Positions 53,815-64,000 of a DNA stretch of 64,000 nucleotides are shown here, piece by piece. Numbering within the stretch: position 1 is the first letter of the stretch; the number at the start of each line of letters is the position of its first letter. Made by a program: the position numbers and the translations under genes. Under the pieces are notes generated by a model. It saw only the letters and a list, made by a program, of their open reading frames with translations, made no database searches and was not told where the DNA came from. The stretch lies in assembly GCF_009914755.1 (NCBI RefSeq), contig NC_060928.1. The stretch is one strand, 5' to 3'. The DNA is from the human T2T-CHM13v2.0 reference genome, Homo sapiens.

Positions 53815-53966
53815 CAGTAATGTGCTGAAGCCAGCTATGCCTACCCAAGACAGTCAATTGTATGCATAATTTCCCAATGCCATGTTCACTGACATCATTT
53901 TGGCAGCTAAAAAATTACCTATGGTAGGAGTATTTACAACCATTGGAAATACTACAAAATAGGGCA
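53815..53966 (+). mobile_element. MER63-like hAT-Blackjack fragment
   Basis: cagtaatgtgctgaagccagct...atggtaggagtatttacaacca...ctacaaaatagggc. Confidence 0.75.
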
Positions 53967-54360
53967 CTTATAAGCCCATTTTTATTAATTTATTGTTTCC
54001 TTTGTATTATTGCCTGAAGTTAACTAAAAAGGTAGCACAGATTGTAAAATAGTCATCTCAAATAGCAGTATATGGTAGCTAGTTACAGGTAAAAATAGTA
54101 TTTTAGGCATGACTAGTATGTTTTCTAAAGTTATATGATTAATAAATGCTTGAACAAGTAATGGCATATTTATCTTTGATTCTTTAAAACCTTTACTATT
54201 TCTGACATACTTCAAGATATGTCTTCAAAAGGCTTATAAGAACTTTGATGTTAGTGAGTATTGCTAACCTATTTATGGCATGGAGAAATACGTACCAAAG
54301 CAATATAAATAAAATAAGACCCAACATTTAAAGAATAATTGCTATGAGTCAGATACCATT

Positions 54361-54362
<2 letters not shown>

Positions 54363-54399
<37 letters not shown>

Positions 54400-54453
54400 T
54401 TTTTTTGAGACAGAGTCTCATTCTATTGCCCCAGCTGGAGTGCAATGGCGTGA
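54363..54453 (-). mobile_element. Extremely 5'-truncated Alu (~48-bp body + long tail) inserted in a MIR
   Basis: TSD tcagataccatttt at 54349-54362 and 54454-54467; MIR-like flank attaactcatttaatcctca. Confidence 0.9.
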
Positions 54454-55559
54454 TCAGATACCATTTTAAACATGTCATATGTATTAACTCATTTAATCCT
54501 CATGAAAACCCCCCAAAAAATACTTTCATTTTATAAATGAGGTAAAGAAAATTTGATCAAGCTCTGATAGTGTTCGGTTTGAGATTTGAACTCAGTTCAT
54601 CTAACATTACTGACCTCAGAAATGAATCCTTGTTTAGAGAAATCACTGGGCCAAGCTCTACACAGTGGTAATTCAGACAACTGTGTATATTATGTGAATG
54701 AGGTTTCAAGAGATGCCTTATCATAATAAAGTTTTCATAGCTTTGGCTTCTAAAATGTAAATTTTAATAGCTATTTCACAATCTATTAGACTTCTTTGTC
54801 TTTTTTTCTATTTCAAAAACCAATGTTCTCCCAGTCTATAGCTCAACTACTCTCTTATCCCGTTTCATGTCATATGATGTTCTCTTAATTTTTTGATTTT
54901 GAAATATGAACATGCCCACTATTTACACAGTTATTACTAGTAATTTTAAAATTAAAACTTTAGTTATGTATAGTAAATCTATTGCAATTTTTTTCAGCCA
55001 AGTCACATCCAGTAAGACATCTGTCTTGAGAAATATAGAGATGCTTCAATATCAGGCCATATGTAGCCAGAAATATATTTTGATAAAAGAAAGGCAATAT
55101 ACATAAATTATCCCACAGGAGAACATTCCATTAAGTATAGACAGTTGACCTTCATTGCCTAAAAAGTGATTCATAATATAGGCTGTTTTTGCAAAATTAA
55201 TTCTGGGAGAGGCAACAGTTGTCTAGATCTTGGCAGTGGTTTGGAGTCATTTTGTAATTGAGCATTAGATTTATGAAGTCAATAACATCAACAATGCATT
55301 CTGATTTTATCTTAATTGGATGCAATTAGAGCTAGGTGTGCTTTTCATAAAATGAAAGATCTTAAGCACAGTAATATCAAAGATGCCAGTGTTCTTTGCT
55401 TAGCTAAATGAAACAAATTGAACTTTTATATACTATTGGGATTTCCACATATTTATAGAGATAAATTTTATAAAATGGTTTATGTTTTCCTTTTTCCCTT
55501 CTCCAGAATTATAAGAGAAAAGATATATATTACCTGATAATTCAGTTTTTATTAATCCA

Positions 55560-56110
55560 ATCATTTAACAATTATGTTTTGAGAACCACTAAGTGCCAAG
55601 CACCAGTTTAGACTCTGGAGATACCCTCGTGAACACAACAAACAAAGATGTAGTATCACTGACTTTCTAAACATTTGCGGAAGACTGAAAATAGAAATGT
55701 AAATTAACATATTTAACAAAATATAATACAGAATTACACTATATATAGTTTCTTCATATGTGTGTCTATATACACACTACTCCAGCTGTAGTCCCTGTTT
55801 CAGGAGCTCATGGTGACAAGAGTATAGGAAGAAATCAGAAATTGAACTGGAGAATGCTGTCGGGGAAACACATTTCAGTTAAAGTTGGGAGATAAAATAA
55901 ATGCATTCTTGAAGATGAAAATAGAATTAAGATATTTGTTTATCAAGGAAGAAAGTTTCTATAAAAAAAGAAATGAACACATTCTAGAGTAGGATGAGCA
56001 AAGTATTATAGGATGAGGGACAACAAGCAAGAAAAAAGCACTTGAGTTTAAGAATACTGTGGAAGGAAAAGAGAGAGACCAAAGAGATGGATCACATAGA
56101 TGTCTCAATC
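55560..56110 (-). mobile_element. L2 3' fragment
   Basis: tcatttaacaattatgttttgagaaccactaagtgccaagcac. Confidence 0.6.
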
Positions 56111-56199
56111 TAATTTTCTATCAGGGAGGCAACAGCATTTGCACTCAAAAGTAACTTTTCTAGGCTAGAATAGGGTCCAGGATCTCAACTAAGTCTCTG

Positions 56200-56470
56200 T
56201 AATTGTGGGACGCAGTTGAGTGTAATTTTAAAAGGAACACATTTAGATTCAAACTAGATTCAAACTACATTCTAGCTTTACCACTTACTTGGTATAAAAA
56301 CTTGATTAAGTTGTTACATCTTTCTGTAAGTAGCATTTCATTGTTTGTAAATATGGCAATAATGGCACTTACTACTGGAAGCTGCTATGAAGATTAAATT
56401 GGTAACCCTTTTTATTTGCCTAGAAGAATGTCTGAAATATCATAATGGCTAAATTAGATTAGTTAATGAT
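56200..56470 (+). mobile_element. MIR
   Basis: ccacttacttgg...aagttgttacatctttctg...tttgtaaatatggcaataatggcactt. Confidence 0.7.
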
Positions 56471-57276
56471 CTTTTCATTAATTATATTATTGTCCCTACT
56501 TATGTCTTTTAGTAGCATGAAGAAAGTAATTTATGCCACAGATAAAAAAGCTTACTCAACTACTAGGGAGAGGCTACCACAGCTAATGGTGCCCAGATTT
56601 TTTCTTGGGAACATGTTCAGGGAGAAGTGTTGCTGATATAATTTGTCAGAGTCTAACTGGGTCACAGTTACTAGTAGGCACCTCCCTGGTGAGCAGGTTT
56701 ACCGTGGATTGAAAAGTTAACATCTATGGGTCATCCATGTTAATTCCTGCTTCTACCCTGTAGGAAGGTCTAGGTTAGACCTGGATCCTTAAGGTAGAAT
56801 GCCCATTATGGTCTCCTCTCTCCATTCTGTCTTCTTTGTGCATGTAGCTTGATGCAAAGCTGGATGTAAGGCTATGTATCACAGGCCATTTTGCCCACAA
56901 CTCCTTCTCTACCTCCACATTGTTTTCTAAAGTTCTGTTATGTTTATTTTTTCTCTTATGTGCATGAAGAAAGTGTGTTGAAATCATATGATTTAGATTT
57001 GGGCTCACAAGGAGGTGGATGCTGTATCTAGAAACTAGCCTGGGGCCACCTACTTCAATTTGGCCTAGTATTGCAGCTGGTTGTAGAAATATGACTTCCA
57101 TTCTAATATTCTTCCCTTTGAGTTAAGCACACTCAGAAACTCTCTAGACATGTAAGATGCAGGCAGGGGTCTACTTACCATCCACAGGCTCTCGCTCACA
57201 TCCTATAAGTGTGACATGTTTCTGTTTTTGGCTAACACTGTGTACTTTTAGGGGCCATTCCTATATTGGGTTTATG

Positions 57277-58070
57277 AGAAGATATGCAAATGGCTACAAA
57301 TATATAAAAAATATGCAACGTCACTATCAGGGAAATAATTAAAACCACAATGAGATACCACCTTACTCCTGCATGAATGGCCATAATTAAAAAATTAAAA
57401 AAAAAGATATGGATTGAAAGGGATGTGGTGAAAATGGGACACTTTTACACTGCCAGTGGGAATATAAATGAATGCAACCACTATAAAAAACAGTATAGAG
57501 ATTCCTTAAAGAACTTAAAGTAGATCTACCATTCAATCCGGCAGTCCCATTACTGGGTATCTACCCAAAGGAAAAGAAGTCATCGTATGAAAAAGACACA
57601 TATACATACATGTTTATAGCAGCACAATTTGCAATTGCAAAAGTATGGAGCTAACCTAAATGCCCATCAACCAATGAGAGGATCAAGAAAATGTGGTATA
57701 TTTATACGTTGGAATACTATTCAGCCATAACAAGAAACAAAATAATGGCATTCACAGTAACCTGGATGGAATTGGGGACTATTCTTCCAAGTGAAGTAAC
57801 TCAGAAACGGAAAACCAAATATTGTATATTCTCACTTATAAGTGGGAGCTAAGCTGTGAGGATGCGAAGGCATAAGGATGACATAATGGACTTTGGAGAC
57901 TCAGTGGGTAAGGGTGGAAGGGAGGTGAGGGATAAAAAAACTACATACTGGGTACAGTGTACACCACTTGAGTGACGAGTGCACCAAAATCTCAGAAATC
58001 ACCACCAAAGAACCTATCCATGTAACCAAAAACCAGCTGTTTCCCAAAAACTATTGAAATAAGAAAAAAA
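57277..58070 (+). mobile_element. L1PB 3' end
   Basis: aatgagataccaccttactcctgca; aagtgggagctaagctgtgaggatgc; caccaaaatctcagaaatcaccac; A tail. Confidence 0.93.
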
Positions 58071-59129
58071 GGAATCTCAATTTTGTTTTTGAGAGTGCCT
58101 CAGCTAAATGAGCAGATTACTGTTTAAGAATGAAAGTTTTCAAGAACATTTATGTGTGTAGAAATTTTAATTTATATACTCTTATTAAAATAATATAGTT
58201 TGAAATAAAGAAATCACTGCTTACCATTATTTAAGTTTCAAATATATTATTATTTGTGTTATATTGTAACATTAAAGCAAATAACTTATTAATTTCTTAT
58301 TTTGTTAAAAAATAAAATTGTAAATGTTTTAATGTGAACATTTACTGAATAAAATTATGTGACAGTTTCATTTTGTTTTAATACAAAATTATAGTGTTAT
58401 AATTCATTTATTTCTCAATATTATGATTTACTTACCACCTAATGTGTGACAGTTTTTTTAAAGGAAGCTAAATGTTTCTTTAAATCTGATTCGAGAAGTT
58501 AGATTTGTCTCTATTGAAGTTTTTCTTGACTTTCTATTGTCTATTCAAAGTTTTAAATACAAAAAACCCTTTTTATGCATCATCTTCAGAACTATTATTA
58601 TCATTAGCAATTATATTTAAGACAATCTTCAGATCCCACTCTTTTCCATTTGTAACACAAATCCTACACACATCTTCCAAATCACCACCCTTGAGAGAAT
58701 CTTCTGTAGCTCTGGCTGCCTCAAAGATATGCTGTTCCTTCCTCAGCATCACTTATGCTAACCAAACTATTAGCACCTGCTGAGCCTCCTCTCCATCAGT
58801 CATCAATCATCAGCAATCAGGCAGCTACTTGATAATTAGTTGAGAGAAGGAAAAACACTTCAAAGAACTAAAAATACTTTCCACAGTGACTTTGTGCATA
58901 AAATAATTATTTTTCCTCTATTAATTCACTTACATATTTCTGTGCAATAAAGACACTTAAAAATGTCACGCACATACATCAGTATAATTCAATGTATGAT
59001 GCTTGTTTACTCACAGTTACTAGGTAAGCAATGCATGGCAGATTCAGACAACTCTAAAGTATTATACATGTATTTTTTCATTTTATACATGTCACGTCAC
59101 ATTTATCATCTTTCTTTATAAAATAAATT

Positions 59130-59395
59130 CAAGAAAAAAAGTGGCACATAGAACGTAGCTAAGAGCCATTTTGTGCTCCGTGCAAAGTAATGCACTAACA
59201 TTGTTATGTGTATTGATTCATTGAATCCTCATAAACATCTTATGAAAAAGGTACTCCTTTATCTCCACTTTACAAATGAAATCTAAGCCAGGGGGAAAGA
59301 GTAAATGACTTGCCCTAGATCATACAACTGGTAAGTTGCATGGCTGAGATTTCAACTTAGACAGTCTGGTTCCAGATTCTATCATATGACCACGG
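59130..59395 (-). mobile_element. MIR
   Basis: ttcattgaatcctcataaaca...ctccactttacaaatgaaa...aatgacttgccctagatcatacaactggtaagt. Confidence 0.8.
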
Positions 59396-61696
59396 GGGAT
59401 AAGCAAAATATAAAAATCCAACAAATGATAGATACACACAGGCCAATCCATGGGAAGCACGGTGTGCCTGTTGTTTTGGTGAATATCCATGTAATTATGA
59501 ATCTTATACATATTTTCCCAAAGCACCATATATGATGTCCTCTAATAATAAAATAACAATAAACGTAGTAGTAATTAATAAGTTCTTCACATGTTTCATC
59601 TCCTGTGACAGGTTTCAGGCCCCCAGCTCAGATTCCAGGGCTGTATTCTTAATTAGAACCCATTACTTACAGAACAGACAAATTCATTGCCTTTAAGTCA
59701 CCAAATTTCAGAAATTGCCCAAAACTAGGTGAAACGTTTTAGTATGACTACTTAAAACATGTGCAACCTTTTATTTTTTGCTTAGGTCTGTTTTTATAAT
59801 TCGTGAGTTTGCATCCCCCACCCCCGCATAAGTATCTTTACAGAATGCCAGAAATGTAGAGAAGCTTTTGGTATAAGAATCTTTATGCTTGACTTTTGTC
59901 CACATTTCACTTGCAATATTCATTGCCACATACATTATGCACATACAGATATATCAGCGCTGCATTTGGCAACTGTAGAATCCTATATTTCCATCTAGGG
60001 ATGAAAATGTGTACATTTGTGTAAGGTGTGAATTAGAATAGATATAATGAAAATACATACTTCACTTCATTGGTTCCCATGACATTAAAAAAGTTGAGCA
60101 TGTATTTTGAGTATCTACCCTAAGGTTTTAATAAACTTAACTTGCCCAGCAGCTGTGCAGGCATGTCTAATGTGACTATTTGTTTCTGCAACACAATGTC
60201 TTTCATACAGAGATGCAAATGGAAAGAAAGCAGAAGCTTCAAGAATATATAAATGCATTTCACATGCATATTTCATGACTTTTTCTACTTTCCTGCAGTT
60301 ATAACTTAATTGAGTAATTATTCTATTCTTTGCAAATGAACAGACTTTTGTCATTTTCTTTTGTGACCAGTAATTACTCTTTTATTTATAAGTAAACGCA
60401 AAAATGCTGTGACAATAAAATAAAATAGTGAGGTGGGAGGAAAAAATGATGAGGAATAAACGATACCATATCATGCTGTTCCTTTTTTTATTTTTTAATC
60501 ACCATTTATTTTTAGAAGAAGGGACTTTAAAAACATAAGTTCTTTAAATATTTAGAACTTAGAGTCTGAGTAAAAACCAGTTGCAATCGTAGAAGTTTGA
60601 AAGTGAATGTATTGATTATTCTTATATGATTTCCTGCGATAGGAATTATTATACTCTATCCTTTCATTTTTTGTCTGTAATTATACTGATCTAGATGTGG
60701 GTTCTTTCTTGCTATATTTAAATGCAGAGAAGATGTAAGATCAGATCTTAATGAAAGTTTTAAGGAAAAGAGGTGAAAAGGAAGAGATAAGAAGAAATAA
60801 AATGTAGGAGCGAAGAATATCTTGGAGTCCTGCAAGTCAAACACACCCCATTCTTTTTTTATGGTGGAAACAAAAGCAGGGGGCAAAGGCTATTTGCATG
60901 CTTTAAAAATGGTGACACTATTCATAAAACAGTTCAATAATTTTCAAAAACACCACCAAATGTGTTATAGAACTAGCTCAGATAGTGATCCTACAAGAAT
61001 AAGAGGTGAAAGAAAAATAAATTTGAGAAAGTAAAAAAAAGGGGAAGAACAACACACACGTGCAAAAAGTGAGTGCAAGAGACAATTAAGATTGGGGTAG
61101 AAATAAAGACATACAGACATTCCAACAGTAGAAATAAAATGTTTGTCTTGAAAGGACATATACACTTGAGTCTGGTGAGCCTCTCTTAATAAATGGTAGG
61201 CTGTAAATACGTGAAAGTGCTTGGCACAGAATATGTGAAGAATAGCATTATAAAATATCTTATTTAATTAACAGAAATTTATAACCAATATCTAAGGCCA
61301 TATTTAGAGAAAATAATCAGAGAGAGCAAAAAGTAAAAATAATAAATAAGGACATTAAAAAAAGAAGATTTAGGCATATTTAAAAATGGAAAGGGAGGTA
61401 TAAAATTAATTTTAACACTAGGGATACATTTTTCAAATAGCAGAAAATAGGTAGCATCTAACTTTATGGACTTTACTTCAGAAATTGCAAGTTATCCTGA
61501 CTGAATTTTGGGAGTACACAATTTTGATCTTCGTAAAACACTGAGAGGTGAAACTCAAAGTCATTTTTAAGTTACTAAATATTCCCTTTCATTAAAGGAA
61601 ATAGAATCCCTCAGAATAAAAGCAAAAGTCAGATTTGCAGGAGTTTGTCAGTAAGAGTGCCTGTCTTTACACCTGGAATCAAGAATAGTTGAACAG

Positions 61697-61893
61697 GGCT
61701 GGGCATGGTGGCTCACGCCTGTAATCCCAGCACTTTGGGAGCCTGAGACGGGTGGATCACTTGAGGCCGGGAGTTTGAAACCAGCCTGACCAATGTGGTG
61801 AAACCCCATATCCACAAAAAATACAAAAATTGGCCAGGTGTGGTGGCACTGCACTCCAGTTTGGGTGACAGAGTTCGTCTTAGAAAAAAAAAA
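61697..61893 (+). mobile_element. Alu with a large right-arm internal deletion
   Basis: Left arm intact; the right arm jumps from ggtgtggtggca directly to ctgcactccag at ~61847. Confidence 0.9.
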
Positions 61894-62829
61894 AGGCTGA
61901 AACTTAATCTTTCTCCTCTTGTCAATGGAAAAATACTAACATTCTTTGCTCTCAGAGTTAGAAAGTGTGGTTGATGTTTTCTCTAAAAATGAAAAAAAAA
62001 ATGTTTCCCAAGAGAGGCCTTCAAGCTATTTTTACCAAACATTCTCAAAGCTGTTTGCACAAATATAAACTGAGATCTCATATTTTAATTTTTGTCTTAC
62101 AAATAGGACAAATTTAAGTGGCGAACTTAACTGACTTCATTATGTACAATTTATTTGCCTTCCATTTTAAACATTTAAAATTTTAGTCTTTTTTGAAATG
62201 TTTGATATTTTTTGAACTGATTGTAGTTCAAACATCACTTTTGGACTTTAGGCGAGAGACCTAAATTTAAACTTTTTTAAATAAGGAAAACTCTTGAGTT
62301 GTGTCATGTCCAGAATAGGTGATGAGTAAACTTGCTTTAATGATATCCACTTCAATACCATATAAATGTGGAAGTATAGGCATTTTGAGACAAAAAACAC
62401 TACATTTAAATATGAGTGAACATATAAGACCTAATTAAGAATTGATTTTATTAAAGAAGGATTATTTATAGAGAGGCATTTTGATTTATCTATTTAGTTA
62501 TGAGCTAAAGTTATGCTTTTATCAGAATCCTTATTTCAGATAGTATAAGAGTGTTGAAAGAAAGAGCAAATTAAGTATGTATCTGGATTATTTTTGTAAA
62601 TAATGCATATATTAATTTTCCAAACTGAATTATGTGGATAACACATGTGATTTTCCTTCTCATTGTGCTTAGGTTTTTAAAAGTCCCTCAGTTGTTCTGT
62701 TTTTTGTTTGTTTGTTTTATGTTTCCTTCTGGCAGTAGCATCCAATCGTTAATTATTTCCTAAAAGATTCATTTTATTTACATGCGAGTTGACTGCATGC
62801 AAATATTCAAAATAGCGTCAACACTTGTA

Positions 62830-63220
62830 AGAAATATCTGCATAGTGCTTTTCTGCTTTTAAATTAATTTAATATACCTTATTTATTTGTACATCTCAAC
62901 AAACCTATGAGATAGATATTAATAATCCTTTTTGTGTGTGTGAAACTTTTCATCAGAGTTACTTTAAGGGACTCTCCTCTTAGAAACTAAGTGGAGAGGT
63001 AACGATGTACCCTCACATATTGTGATTTTAATTCTGTTATTTCCTCTATACTATGCTGTTTTTATTTAGTGATGTCTATCATAGATTCCGACACCTTACT
63101 GCCTGGCTTCAAATTCTTCCCTCATTTATTAGCTGTTTGACATTCAGCAAGTTCATTCGTCTCTCTGAGTCTTAGTTTCCTCATCTGTAACATAGAAATG
63201 ATTATAATAATATCTCCCTA
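62830..63220. mobile_element. Two MIR fragments in opposite orientations
   Basis: Minus strand ~62830-63060 (tctcaacaaacctatgagatag); plus strand ~63090-63220 (tctctgagtcttagtttcctcatctgtaa). Confidence 0.65.
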
Positions 63221-64000
63221 AAGGACTGGCTATGTAATTTGTATGTTCCATTACAAAATGAAAATGCAAGTTCCCTTGTTCAACAAGCAGGAAAGGATTG
63301 CAGTTAAGGTACCAAAATATAAAGCGTTTTCCTTTTGCAGTTTCCCTTGACTCATCATGATGCTTTTATTTCTACGTATTTTTCATTGTATTTAATCAAA
63401 AAAATTAAAAATTAAATTATTAGCATAAATTATATCAGCTTGCACTGTACAACTCTAGTTTCAAATATTAATACAAGTATTTAATTTGCATATGGAATTG
63501 CTGTTGCTACACAATTCTTATTCCATAGTTCATAGATGCCTATGTATTTTACCCTTGCCCAAAGTGGGGACAATGCAAAAAACTAACTCAATCGTTTTTA
63601 TTTTACTTCTTGATAAATATATATTCTACCAACACTCTTCTACCAACACTCTCTAACTATGACTTACTGATGACTAAGGAAGGATTAAAAGGAAAAGGAA
63701 AAAATGGCTCGACTTATTCCCTTTCTTGTTATGTCATCCTTTTAGCATAAATGGTTGGTTAATCCAGGGAAGTAATATGAGTAAGAAAGGATATGAAAAA
63801 ATTCCTTGGTTGCTTATGTTTTTTGGAATGCCTTTGGCTTCCTTCTGTGTTTGAAGCAAGTTTTGGTTCCAAGAGAAAGCATGGCATTTCACAGTTCTCA
63901 GTTTCTCCACTTACTCATTAGCAGATGAAACATGCTTTGTTTGTACTTGCTTTGAGTCTCATTAAACTCCTATGCTGTATTAGTCCGCTGGAACTCTGTA
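63221..64000 (+). mobile_element. MER45-family (hAT-Tip100) DNA transposon relic, running to the window end
   Basis: ggactggctatgtaatttg...caaaatgaaaatgcaagttcccttgttcaacaagcagg...aggtaccaaaatataaagc matches the MER45 5' end. Confidence 0.75.

Noticed and set aside
59612-59728. Possible plus-strand exon after ctcctgtgacAG
   Set aside because: Weak donor (GTGAAA) and no coding or other supporting signal.
63625-63655. Short tandem duplications of ~14 bp (also near 30255-30290, 34635-34665, 39090-39120 and 53492-53522)
   Set aside because: Ordinary slippage or end-joining micro-duplications with no higher-order pattern.

Overview
AT-rich, gene-poor primate genomic DNA, probably human or a close ape (it carries AluJ/S/Y, L1PA/L1PB, MER41 and MER85). 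Roughly half or more is recognisable interspersed repeat: a near-full-length L1PB (~11.3-18.0 kb), a long deleted L1MA-type element (~27.7-32.9 kb), many older L1M/L2/MIR/CR1 fragments, ten Alus, MaLR/ERVL/ERV1 LTRs, and hAT and piggyBac DNA-transposon relics. I see no intact protein-coding gene, rRNA, tRNA or CRISPR array, and most ORFs in the track are L1/Alu debris or microsatellite artefacts. The main signals not explained by repeats are: (i) a tandemly duplicated ~100-bp near-perfect hairpin at 46828-47030; (ii) a 53-bp inverted repeat at 37247-37420 with an inner hairpin and a spacer resembling sequence 1 kb upstream; (iii) a candidate minus-strand promoter/first exon near 5950-6070 with RFX X-box-like motifs, which could splice to an exon starting at 4908 and may be a decayed gene or lncRNA; (iv) template-switch scars inside the L1PB. 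I found no convincing new biological system. Repeat subfamily names are recalled from consensus sequences by eye and need RepeatMasker/Dfam confirmation.
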